Assembly: GCA_020720085.1 (NCBI GenBank)
Contig: DYPE01000004.1
Location: 11,922-35,087, forward strand
DNA from: Dichelobacter nodosus
Lineage (GTDB): Bacteria > Pseudomonadota > Gammaproteobacteria > Beggiatoales > Beggiatoaceae
DNA: 23,166 bases
Direction of reading: 5' to 3'
How positions within the stretch are numbered: the stretch's first letter is position 1; each line of letters begins with the position of its first letter. Below the pieces are notes generated by a model, which was not told the DNA's origin, made no database searches, and saw only the letters and a program-made list of their open reading frames with translations. Both the position numbers and the translations under genes were made by a program. Of this stretch, positions 1 through 7,917 are shown piece after piece.

Positions 1-36
1 ACGCCCGTGTTCCGGGCCACGCCCGTGTTCCGGGCG
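1..36 (+). repeat. Two copies of the 18-bp unit acgcccgtgttccgggc(c/g), the same family as 22595-22659
   Basis: Read directly from the sequence. Confidence 0.85.
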
Positions 37-164
37 CAGAAGCGCCCAATCTCCTGACCAAGGGTTCCAAGGCGGTGATTCTGGCATATAATGCCGAAGA
101 CAATACTTACTGGGTCACCGCGCTGGAAGATATTTTGCGCGATGACAGGCCGGATACACTTTAA
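3..164 (+). CDS. 3'-terminal fragment of a protein whose tail carries ARVPG(H/A) hexapeptide repeats; the 5' end lies outside the window
   Basis: Frame 3 is open from the window edge to TAA at 162-164. It translates as ARVPGHARVPGAEAPNLLTKGSKAVILAYNAEDNTYWVTALEDILRDDRPDTL, a natural-looking C-terminus. The 18-bp DNA unit acgcccgtgttccgggc occurs twice and encodes the repeats. Not in the ORF track because it has no start in the window. Confidence 0.4.
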   Translation, partial: ARVPGHARVPGAEAPNLLTKGSKAVILAYNAEDNTYWVTALEDILRDDRPDTL

Positions 165-176
165 GGAGATAAGATT

Positions 177-2402
177 ATGACTTTTTCCACCAGTCTGGTC
201 ATTTGGTCCATTCTGATTTTTTCCGTCATTACATTTGGCGTGCTGACGTTCATCGTCAGTTTTTTTCAAAAAGTTGAGCAAGGCAAAGCGCTCATCGTCA
301 ACACCATGAAATCTGAGCCAGTGGTGACATTCACCGGGAGAGTGGTGCTGCCGGTGATTCACAAAGCGGAAATCATGGATATTTCGCTGAAAACCATAGA
401 AATCGACCGACGCGGCAAGGATGGTTTGATTTGCCGCGACAATATCCGGGCGGACATTAAAGTCACATTTTTCGTGCGCGTCAACAAAACCGCTGAAGAT
501 GTGCTCAAAGTGGCGCAAGCCATTGGTTGTGCGCGCGCTTCTGACCCGGCTACGCTGGAGGAATTGTTTAACGCCAAATTTTCCGAAGCGCTGAAAAGCG
601 TGGGAAAACAATTGGATTTTGAGGATTTATATAAAGAACGCGATTCATTCCGCGACCAAATCATTGAGCTGATTGGCACGCATCTCAACGGCTATGTGCT
701 AGAAGACGCAGCCATTGATTTTCTTGAACAAACGCCATTATCCTCCCTAGACCCGTCCAATATTCTGGATGCGCAAGGCATACGCAAAATCACGGAATTG
801 ACCTCGCAACAGCATGTGTACACCAATGAATTTGAAAACCAAGAGCGGATGAAAATCACCCAGCAGAATGTTACTGCCCAGGAAGCTATTCTGGAAATGG
901 AGCGCCGCCAGGCTGATGCCATAGCCAAACAACAACGCGAAATCCAGACCGTGAAAGACCGCGAGGCTGCCGAGATTGCCCTGGTGGCAGCGCAAGAAAA
1001 ACGCCGCAGCGAAGAGGCGCGGTTAGAATCTGAAGAGCAAATTGGCATCCGCGATATTAATAAGCAACGCGAAATGGAAGTAGCAGAACAAAACCGCCGC
1101 CGCGTAGTGGGTATAGAAGAAGAACGGGTGAATTTGGCGCGTGAGCAGGAAGTGATTGCCCGCGAACGCGAAATCGCGCTGTTACGTATTGCCAAAGAAA
1201 AAGCAGTGGAACAGGAGAAACGCGATATTGCCAGTGTCATCCGCGAACGCATCGCGGTGGAAAAAACCGTGGCCGAAGAAGAAGAACGCATCAAGGAATT
1301 GCGCATGGTCGAGGAAGCCAAGCGCGAAAAACAAGTGACCATTTTAATGGCTGAGGCAGCGGCGCAAGAAGAATTGGTCAAAGACATCAAAAAAGCCGAG
1401 GCGCAAGAACAAGTGGCCCGCCACAAGGCGCAAGAGCAACTGACCCTGGCTGAAGCGGAACAACAGATTGCCGACAAAAAAGCCTTTGCCAAGATTCGCC
1501 TGGCCGAAGGAACACAAGCGGAAAATGCTGCTGCTGGGCTGGCGCAAGTGCGCGTCAAAGAAGCCAATGCCCTGGCCATAGAAAAAGAAGGCGCGGCGCA
1601 AGCCAAAGCGTTGCTGGAAAAAATGCAAGCCGAGGCAGGCGGTTTGGAACAAAAAGGCTTGGCTGAGGCGCGCGTGCGCGAAGCAGGCGCGCAAGCCACC
1701 GCCAAAGAGGGCACAGCGCAGGCCAACGCATTGTTGGAAAAAATGCAGGCCGAAGCCAGCGGCGAAGAGCAGAAGGGCATGGCCTTGATGCGCGTGCGTG
1801 AACAAGAAAGTGAAGTGATTGAGCGCAAAGGCGTGGCCGAGGCAACGGCATTGCGCGAAAAATGGCTGGCTGAGGCAGCGGGACTGACGGAGAAATTTAA
1901 GGCAATGGCAGCACTGACCGGCGATGTCAAGGCGCACGAGGAATTCCGCCTGCGCATGGAACAGCAACAGATATTGGCGCAAGCCGCGATTGACGGTCAA
2001 AAAGTGATGGCAGGCCATCAGGCGCAGGTGCTAGCAGAAGCGCTGAAACACGCCAAAATCGATATTGTGGGCGGCGATGAGGTCTTCTTTAACCGCTTGC
2101 TCAACGCCACTTCGCTGGCCAAATCTATGGACAGTTTCGTAAACCACAGCGCGACCACGCAAACCGTGTTGCACGATTATCTCAGCCAGAATGCCAGCAT
2201 CGTGGAAGACATTAAACAAATTCTGGCCAATCCTGCTATGAACGCGCAAAATGTGCAACACTTAACTTTATCAGCCTTTTTGGCGCAATTAATGCGCCAT
2301 GCCCAGCCCGAGCAGCAAGATCGGCTGGCGCCGCTGTTGGACTGGGTGGAAAAGCAGAAATTAGGCGGCATTGCCGCATCCACGCAGCCCCCCTCTGCTT
2401 GA
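177..2402 (+). CDS. Flotillin/SPFH (band-7) family membrane protein, YqiK-like, with a long Ala/Glu/Lys-rich coiled-coil
   Basis: Strong RBS (taaggagat) 6 nt upstream of the ATG. N-terminal transmembrane helix (LVIWSILIFSVITFGVLTFIV), followed by an SPFH-like region and an extended EA-rich coiled-coil typical of flotillin C-termini. A 741-aa ORF with coherent codon usage. Confidence 0.85.
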   Translation: MTFSTSLVIWSILIFSVITFGVLTFIVSFFQKVEQGKALIVNTMKSEPVVTFTGRVVLPVIHKAEIMDISLKTIEIDRRGKDGLICRDNIRADIKVTFFVRVNKTAEDVLKVAQAIGCARASDPATLEELFNAKFSEALKSVGKQLDFEDLYKERDSFRDQIIELIGTHLNGYVLEDAAIDFLEQTPLSSLDPSNILDAQGIRKITELTSQQHVYTNEFENQERMKITQQNVTAQEAILEMERRQADAIAKQQREIQTVKDREAAEIALVAAQEKRRSEEARLESEEQIGIRDINKQREMEVAEQNRRRVVGIEEERVNLAREQEVIAREREIALLRIAKEKAVEQEKRDIASVIRERIAVEKTVAEEEERIKELRMVEEAKREKQVTILMAEAAAQEELVKDIKKAEAQEQVARHKAQEQLTLAEAEQQIADKKAFAKIRLAEGTQAENAAAGLAQVRVKEANALAIEKEGAAQAKALLEKMQAEAGGLEQKGLAEARVREAGAQATAKEGTAQANALLEKMQAEASGEEQKGMALMRVREQESEVIERKGVAEATALREKWLAEAAGLTEKFKAMAALTGDVKAHEEFRLRMEQQQILAQAAIDGQKVMAGHQAQVLAEALKHAKIDIVGGDEVFFNRLLNATSLAKSMDSFVNHSATTQTVLHDYLSQNASIVEDIKQILANPAMNAQNVQHLTLSAFLAQLMRHAQPEQQDRLAPLLDWVEKQKLGGIAASTQPPSA

Positions 2403-2458
2403 AAAAAACAAATAAAAAAACAAGCAGGACTTGTGTTACCGTGTATGGCAATCCATAC

Positions 2459-2654
2459 TCAATCCTCTCAACTTAACGTAATATATTGATTTTTATTTAA
2501 TTATTTTTTGTGTGAACCCATCGCGGAGGCATGCCGTCAGGATACACCAAGGTTCTATACCGGTGTGTCGCCACTTCATAGCACCCTTAACGCAAGGAGA
2601 TTGAAATAAATATCCTTATAAATCAATTGATTGTTGCTAAGTTGAGAGGATTGA
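2459..2654. mobile_element. MITE-like 196-bp element with 17-bp perfect terminal inverted repeats and an 8-bp flanking direct repeat (putative target-site duplication)
   Basis: The left inverted repeat tcaatcctctcaactta (2459-2475) is the exact reverse complement of taagttgagaggattga (2638-2654). Both are flanked on the outside by atccatac (2451-2458 and 2655-2662). The interior is AT-rich and non-coding. Confidence 0.45.
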
Positions 2655-3008
2655 ATCCATACTCACTCAAACCAACAATACGACAAAAAGAAAAAACGAT
2701 GAAGCGGCTGCTTTATTATTTAAAATTGCCGTCAGCGCAAGCATTTTCTTGCCAAGTCTATGATTTTTGCCACTATCTGACCATGGCCGCATGTTGCTCG
2801 CGGTGCTGGGGCGTTTTATTGTCTAGGCCCAGCCAGTGGCACGACGATTATAGCTGTCGGAAGCGCTACGGATTTTTTAGCGCAGGCAATGGCAGGAAAC
2901 TTGCACTAACCTTGCCAAGACGTCAAATCATGGCGGCGTAACGCAAGTGCCGCAACAGCCTGGCAACTTGCGCTGGAAATAAAAAAGATTTTTAAACGAG
3001 TATGGGAA

Positions 3009-4034
3009 ATGCACAAGCTATCGACTTACGCCTTGGAAAAGAGCGATAAATTATACGTTAAGACCATGCTGGAGCTGGCCGCCAAGCTCTATGGCACGAA
3101 TTGGATATTCGAGGAAACCTTGAGCGAGGACGTGCTCGTGGACATAGATCAGCCAGCAGGACAAACGTTCTGGCAACAACGCGCGAACGATCCGCGCGTG
3201 ATTCCCTATGGCACTAAAAATACCATGAATGTCCCTATTTTTCTGCACAAGCCGTTGCGTGTGCAAGCCATTGTAGAAGTATTGCAACGACTGCCAGGCT
3301 CAGCGCAAACACCGGCACCCACACCGGCAACGCCCGCACCGGTGGCCACGGCACATGCCGTACCCACAGCGGATATTCACCATCCTGCGCATCCGCACAG
3401 TCCCGTGTTCATTCCTGACAATTATGTGGTCGGTTTGTTGTTGGCGGCACGCCACTCGCCGCCAGGTCAGGCGCACCACCTCATTATTGCTGGCATGGAG
3501 CATTTGTACATTTCTCCGCAAAAAAATGCGTGCTATAGCGCGGTGGCGCGCTTCACTCAAATTACCTCTTCGCAAAAATTATTATTATGTAGTCCAATTA
3601 AACAACTCGAACAAAAAAATATTTCCGAGCAAGAAGCACAGACGGCCATGGAACAAAAACATTTGGCGCAACACCCGCTGGAAAGTTTTTTATGGTACTG
3701 TGCGTTATGGTCGTCGCAAGGCAGGCTAATGGTCGGATACTCACCATCTACGCCAGTAAAATTAAAGCAATTTCCCAATTTCACCATTTTGCCCCATGAG
3801 CCGTTACACATGAAACTTGCTGCCTTCATGCTAAAAAATACTGCAACTTTGCATACCGTTGCCCAAGAGACCCATATTGCTATTGAAAAAGTCACTGATT
3901 TTTTTAATGCCTGCGTGATGATTGGCGTGATTCAGGCCGAGCCGATGGGGGCGCAAGAGAACACTAAAATCCGGAAAACCCAGCCGGAACGGCAAAATTT
4001 ATTCAAAAGTATTCTAACCCGACTTATTAAATAA
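3009..4034 (+). CDS. Hypothetical two-domain protein with a central Pro/Thr/Ala/His-rich linker (TPAPTPATPAPVATAHAVPTADIHHPAHPHSP); first gene of the GTPase cassette
   Basis: A 341-aa ORF. Its stop lies 15 nt before the ATG of the GTPase gene. No family recognised by eye; the N-terminal ~100 aa could be a degenerate receiver-like fold (speculative). Confidence 0.55.
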   Translation: MHKLSTYALEKSDKLYVKTMLELAAKLYGTNWIFEETLSEDVLVDIDQPAGQTFWQQRANDPRVIPYGTKNTMNVPIFLHKPLRVQAIVEVLQRLPGSAQTPAPTPATPAPVATAHAVPTADIHHPAHPHSPVFIPDNYVVGLLLAARHSPPGQAHHLIIAGMEHLYISPQKNACYSAVARFTQITSSQKLLLCSPIKQLEQKNISEQEAQTAMEQKHLAQHPLESFLWYCALWSSQGRLMVGYSPSTPVKLKQFPNFTILPHEPLHMKLAAFMLKNTATLHTVAQETHIAIEKVTDFFNACVMIGVIQAEPMGAQENTKIRKTQPERQNLFKSILTRLIK

Positions 4035-4049
4035 TACGTGGCAACCGAT

Positions 4050-4577
4050 ATGAAAGACATTAAACTCGTCTTTACCGGCAGCATGGGCGCTGGCAAGACC
4101 ACAGCAATTGCCACCATTAGCGAAATTCCCGTTATTAACACTGACGTGCGTGCCAGCGATGATGCTGCCTTGCGCAAAGAAAAAACCACTGTGGCGCTAG
4201 ATTATGGCGAAATTACTTTAGGCGATGGCCAAAAATTGCGGCTGTACGGCACGCCAGGGCAAGAACGCTTCAGTTTCATGTGGAAAATTCTCATGGAAGG
4301 CGCGCTGGGCGTGATTATCTTGGTGGATAATGCCGGTGAAAATCCCATGGCTGATTTGGAGTTATACATTCGCCATTTTCGTGGCCTGGTGGATGACAAT
4401 ATGATTGTCGTGGGTGTCACGCGCATGGACATTGCGCCCACGCCTAGCTTACAAGCCTACCACGATTATCTCACCGCCCACGATTTGTATATTCCGGTAT
4501 TTTCCTCGGATACGCGCGAGCCGGAACATGTGTCCATGCTGATTCAATCCCTGGTTGCCATGTTGGAATATGGTTAG
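4050..4577 (+). CDS. Small Ras-like GTPase of the MglA / conservon CvnD ('ATP/GTP-binding protein') type
   Basis: P-loop GSMGAGKTT (GxxxxGKT). Switch-II-like YGTPGQERF. The overall pattern KLVFTG..GAGKTT...ISEI, then TTVALDYG.I.L, then LYGTPGQERFSFMW matches the CvnD/MglA-like family. The ORF track begins at GTG 4038; the ATG at 4050 (MKDIKLVFTG) is the likelier start. Confidence 0.8.
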   Translation: MKDIKLVFTGSMGAGKTTAIATISEIPVINTDVRASDDAALRKEKTTVALDYGEITLGDGQKLRLYGTPGQERFSFMWKILMEGALGVIILVDNAGENPMADLELYIRHFRGLVDDNMIVVGVTRMDIAPTPSLQAYHDYLTAHDLYIPVFSSDTREPEHVSMLIQSLVAMLEYG

Positions 4578-4710
4578 GCAATTGCTGGAAAAGAAAGCCG
4601 CCGCTTGCGGGTATTTTACTTGACAGAAATTGCCTTAAGTAGCACCACTCGCTTTACAGCACCGCCCTTACAAACTCATTTTCATTTTCGTTCGGGAGCC
4701 ACGCCACGTT

Positions 4711-5085
4711 ATGTTGTCTAAAATTGAAGAAGCCCGTCTTACCAGTTATCTAAAAAATTTGTTAAATACCTGCCCAGCCATTGATGCGGCGATTGTTGCC
4801 ACTTTGGATGGCCACTTATGCGCCAGCGTACAAAAAGACAATTACACCATGGAGCGGCTAGCCACCATGGGCAGTAGCTTAATGTCCTTGGGCGACACGA
4901 TTACGGCGGAATTAAAAATGGGATCGTGCCAGAATATCATCTCTGAAAATGAGGGGGGCATTATCGCCTTCATGCACATCAATGAGTCCCTGGTATTGGT
5001 ATCGCTTACCACTTCCAAAAGCAGCCTAGGGCTACTGCTCAGCCATTCAAAAAAGTGCGCGGCGAAAATCGCCGACGCCATGTAA
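4711..5085 (+). CDS. Roadblock/LC7 (MglB / CvnB-like) domain protein
   Basis: A 124-aa protein with the characteristic Roadblock pattern (L..LL......AAIVATLDG..CASV.......LATMGSSLMSLGDTI........II.E.EGG.IAFMHI.ESLVLVSLT). A GGGAG Shine-Dalgarno is upstream. Sits immediately after the GTPase, the canonical GTPase/GAP pairing. Confidence 0.75.
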   Translation: MLSKIEEARLTSYLKNLLNTCPAIDAAIVATLDGHLCASVQKDNYTMERLATMGSSLMSLGDTITAELKMGSCQNIISENEGGIIAFMHINESLVLVSLTTSKSSLGLLLSHSKKCAAKIADAM

Positions 5086-5100
5086 GGCTGGAATCATTGC

Positions 5101-6675
5101 ATGGAATTGCATATTGCGGGCAGTGTGAATGGTAACAACGCAGGGTATGGTATTGAAGCAATCCAGCGAATATTAGATGCCCCCCGCCAAGATATGGCCC
5201 ACGGCTCATCTTGGACAGGGCGGCCTTCTACGCGGCTTCACCGCGACAGCGGGCACATGCTGAAAATCAAGGAAGAACTGCAAATGAATCTGGTTTCCTC
5301 GCAACGCTATGTTGAACAAGCGTTGGCGCGGGAACGCACCCTGCAAGTGCATCCACCTGAAAAAACTTGGTTTTACGCAATTTCTCCCGCAATGCCGGAT
5401 CAGCCGCTGATTGGCAACATCTGCCCACTGCTTACTCCGCTTAACCTGTATTTTGACCGCCATGGTGCAGCAAATCCAAGCGCTTGCCTGAATTATATCA
5501 TTCAGCTATGGGAACTGTATTTTCACACCATAACCACCCATAACGCCCGCCTGGACGAAGGCTTGTCCAACTTTGGCTTAGATGCGCATGACCGCTTATA
5601 CTATTTAGATGACGATCTCTACGCCTGGGATCGGTTCGTCACTTGCGGCCAAATGCTGGGCGTACAACTGCGCTCGCAGCCATGGATAGGTAAAACGCAA
5701 GGGATTGAATTGGGCAAAGCCTTGCGCCAGGCGATCCTGCGTTATTTTGACGACGCCCAATATCTCATCGTGCTCACCGAGCAATTGCGCGGCGTATTTC
5801 TCACGGATGCCCGCCGCCAAGTGTTGGAGGCGCTCATTAGCGGGCTGTATCAGCCCATCGGTCTAATCACCACCGCCACCGCCACGGCTCCCCCCGTTGC
5901 TGTGCCGCAACCCGCACCGCCACCACCACTCCCGAGCCGCTATCTGGCTTTGCTGGCCGACGTACACGCCAATCTGCCCGCACTGGAGGCTGTGCTAAAC
6001 TTTTTGCAGCAAAAAAACATTAGCCATGGTTTTGTACTGGGCGACGTGGTGGGCTATGGCCCGCACCCAGCAGCGTGCATTGAGCGCCTACAGCAAACCT
6101 GCTTAACCGTGCTTAAAGGCAATCATGACCAAGGCTTGGGCAGCAATAAAATCAACGATGGATATTCCATCACCGCCAAATGGGCGCTGGCTTGGAGCCA
6201 GCACCACACCAGTGCCGCACACCGCCAATGGCTATTGAACTTGCCCCCCGTGCTGTATGGCGAAGATTGGATTGCCCTGCACGGCGCGCCCATGGATCCG
6301 ACGTTTTTTAATGCCTACGTCTATGTCATGACCTATGAACAAAATTTGGATAATCTGGCACAGCGGGGCATCCGCCTGTGTTACCACGGCCACACCCACA
6401 TTCCTGGCATCTATGCCCGCACGCCAGATGGCAAGGATCTGCACGTATGGCAAGCGGAAATTGATCTAAATGAGTATAGCCACGCGCTCATCTGTCCCGG
6501 GTCTGTGGGCCAACCGCGCCACGGCTTTAGCGGCGCACATTTCGCGGTACTTGACCGCGAACAAAATAAGCTATTTTTTTATCAGATTCAATATGATATA
6601 CAGCAAATAATCAACGAAATGACCGCTGCCGGTTTTCCTGATGCACTCATCCACCGCTTGCGCACTGGCGCTTAG
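5101..6675 (+). CDS. Two-domain protein: unknown N-terminal domain (~270 aa), Pro-rich linker, and C-terminal calcineurin-like (PPP-type) metallophosphoesterase domain
   Basis: The C-terminal domain carries PPP phosphoesterase signature motifs: LLADVHAN (GDxHG-like), GDVVGYGP (GDxVDRG-like) and KGNHD (GNHE-like), plus downstream His residues. The linker is TATATAPPVAVPQPAPPPPLPS. An alternative start is ATG 5284 (MNLVSS) with the better RBS aaggaag. It lies in the same orientation immediately after the Roadblock gene. Confidence 0.7.
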   Translation: MELHIAGSVNGNNAGYGIEAIQRILDAPRQDMAHGSSWTGRPSTRLHRDSGHMLKIKEELQMNLVSSQRYVEQALARERTLQVHPPEKTWFYAISPAMPDQPLIGNICPLLTPLNLYFDRHGAANPSACLNYIIQLWELYFHTITTHNARLDEGLSNFGLDAHDRLYYLDDDLYAWDRFVTCGQMLGVQLRSQPWIGKTQGIELGKALRQAILRYFDDAQYLIVLTEQLRGVFLTDARRQVLEALISGLYQPIGLITTATATAPPVAVPQPAPPPPLPSRYLALLADVHANLPALEAVLNFLQQKNISHGFVLGDVVGYGPHPAACIERLQQTCLTVLKGNHDQGLGSNKINDGYSITAKWALAWSQHHTSAAHRQWLLNLPPVLYGEDWIALHGAPMDPTFFNAYVYVMTYEQNLDNLAQRGIRLCYHGHTHIPGIYARTPDGKDLHVWQAEIDLNEYSHALICPGSVGQPRHGFSGAHFAVLDREQNKLFFYQIQYDIQQIINEMTAAGFPDALIHRLRTGA

Positions 6676-6676
6676 G
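6625..6676 (+). repeat. 52-bp direct repeat, copy A, covering the last 16 codons and stop of the phosphoesterase gene
   Basis: gctgccggttttcctgatgcactcatccaccgcttgcgcactggcgcttagg recurs at 10139-10190 with one mismatch. Confidence 0.8.
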
Positions 6677-6939
6677 CCATGACTAACTGAATTCGCTTCA
6701 CAACTGAAGCGTGGGCAATGCCGCTGAAGGCTTTGTGCGCCTATCATCCCCCAGCCACTGGCAACCCTGCTGCTTTCCATCAAGACAGCAGCGCATTATG
6801 TCCGCTTCCGCTGTTCATCATGCAGGATTTGTATGAATTGGTGCGCGACTGCGACAAGGTGCTGACGCTCTGAATACGAGAAAAAAAATCATAAAAAAAA
6901 CATTTGGATGAAGATGGTGTGTCGTTGGATTATCCGGTC

Positions 6940-7335
6940 ATGGCCTGGTTCACCCTGATTACGGTCATAGGCAGCGTTGCCTGGTTTCTAATCGTATATT
7001 TTGCTGAAAACCTTACTCGGAAAACACGCATGAACCTGTCGGTCAAAGTCATTTCCCAACGACCGCCCGCTGGGCGTTGCACATTGTACGCGGCTTATGC
7101 GCAAGCGCTGGCAGAGGCGTTGGGCGCGTCAACCGAAATTGTTTTTAGCGCCCACCGCAACGCGCATGGCAACGGCTATCCCGCGCTGTGGCTCAATGGT
7201 CGGGCTTTGCAACCCGCAGATGGGGTGATTTTAACCCCAACCGACCTGCTGACCGCACTGAATATGGCGGAAAACACCGCACTGACCGAAGCGTTGGAGC
7301 AACCGTTGGCGCGGATGTTGGAGATGGTGCAATAA
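6940..7335 (+). CDS. Hypothetical small membrane-anchored protein
   Basis: The ORF track starts at TTG 6904. ATG 6940 gives MAWFTLITVIGSVAWFLIVYF, a transmembrane helix, followed by a soluble ~100-aa domain. No family recognised. Confidence 0.4.
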   Translation: MAWFTLITVIGSVAWFLIVYFAENLTRKTRMNLSVKVISQRPPAGRCTLYAAYAQALAEALGASTEIVFSAHRNAHGNGYPALWLNGRALQPADGVILTPTDLLTALNMAENTALTEALEQPLARMLEMVQ

Positions 7336-7396
7336 AGGCCTGTTGCCCATCCAGTGCCGCTTGTTATATCGCTACACTGTAACTACACTTTACTTC

Positions 7397-7690
7397 ATGA
7401 ACCACATCAAATTTGAGTGGAATCCAGCCAAGAATCTCGCCAACCAGAAAAAACACGGGGTTGCTTTTGAAGAAGCCAAAACTGTGTTTGCTGACGAATT
7501 TGGTCGCTTAATTCCAGACCCGGAGCATTCTGCGGGAGAAGAACGTTTTATTCTCTTGGGCAGGAGTGCGAATAGCAGACTGTTAATCGTCTGCCATTGC
7601 GAGCGCGGCATCGGTACAATCCGCATTATTTCTGCGCGCAAAGCAGACAAATTTGAACGTAAACAATATGAGAGCTATATCTATGCGTGA
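7397..7690 (+). CDS. brnT: BrnT-family (DUF497) type II toxin, ribonuclease
   Basis: MNHIKFEWNPAKNLANQKKHGVAFEEAKTVFADEF...ERFILLGRS...LLIVCHCER...IRIISARKA matches the BrnT hallmark (FEWD..KA..N..KHGV.F.EA..VF.D). The stop overlaps the antitoxin start. The ORF-track start 7343 is upstream; ATG 7397 is preferred. Confidence 0.8.
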   Translation: MNHIKFEWNPAKNLANQKKHGVAFEEAKTVFADEFGRLIPDPEHSAGEERFILLGRSANSRLLIVCHCERGIGTIRIISARKADKFERKQYESYIYA

Positions 7691-7892
7691 TTCTTATGAT
7701 TTTTCCAATTCGATTAAAAATCCATATGCCAACCACCTGAAAGAGCAGGTGACCATCCCTATGGACGAAGACACCATTGCCTATTTCAAACAATTGTCAG
7801 CAGACAAAGGTATTCCTTACCAAAGCGTTATCACCTTGTTTCTGCGGGATTGCGCACTAAAACGCCGCGAGTTAGACATTCATTGGTCATAA
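7683..7892 (+). CDS. brnA: BrnA-family antitoxin (RHH/CopG-like)
   Basis: MRDSYDFSNSIKNPYANHLKEQVTIPMDEDTIAYFKQLSADKGIPYQSVITLFLRDCA has the BrnA pattern (D.S......NPY.......I.I..D.D.I.YFK......G..YQ..IN..LR). Its ATG at 7683 overlaps the brnT stop (atgcgtga). Confidence 0.8.
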   Translation: MRDSYDFSNSIKNPYANHLKEQVTIPMDEDTIAYFKQLSADKGIPYQSVITLFLRDCALKRRELDIHWS

Positions 7893-7917
7893 ATGGATTG
7901 CGCCAAGGAGTCAAACG

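Noticed and set aside
692-2018. Long minus-strand ORFs (421 aa, 224 aa, 98 aa) antisense to the flotillin gene
   Set aside because: They are Ser/Ala/Cys/Arg-rich low-complexity translations, typical of the antisense of a GC/GAA-rich coiled-coil gene. The plus-strand flotillin ORF explains the region.
2627-2941. 104-aa Cys-rich ORF in the AT-rich intergenic region
   Set aside because: It begins inside the right terminal repeat of the MITE, has no RBS, and has odd composition (many Cys/Tyr/Trp). Most likely a chance ORF in a non-coding spacer.
2940-2975. Sigma54-like motif tggcaa-cttgcg upstream of the 341-aa gene
   Set aside because: The GG and GC elements are only ~1 nt apart, whereas the -24/-12 promoter needs a 5-nt spacer. 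This is not a credible sigma54 promoter.
6690-6715. Hairpin cgcttca-caa-ctgaagcg after the phosphoesterase gene, as a possible terminator
   Set aside because: A 7-bp stem with no following T-tract. It may be structural but does not meet intrinsic-terminator criteria.
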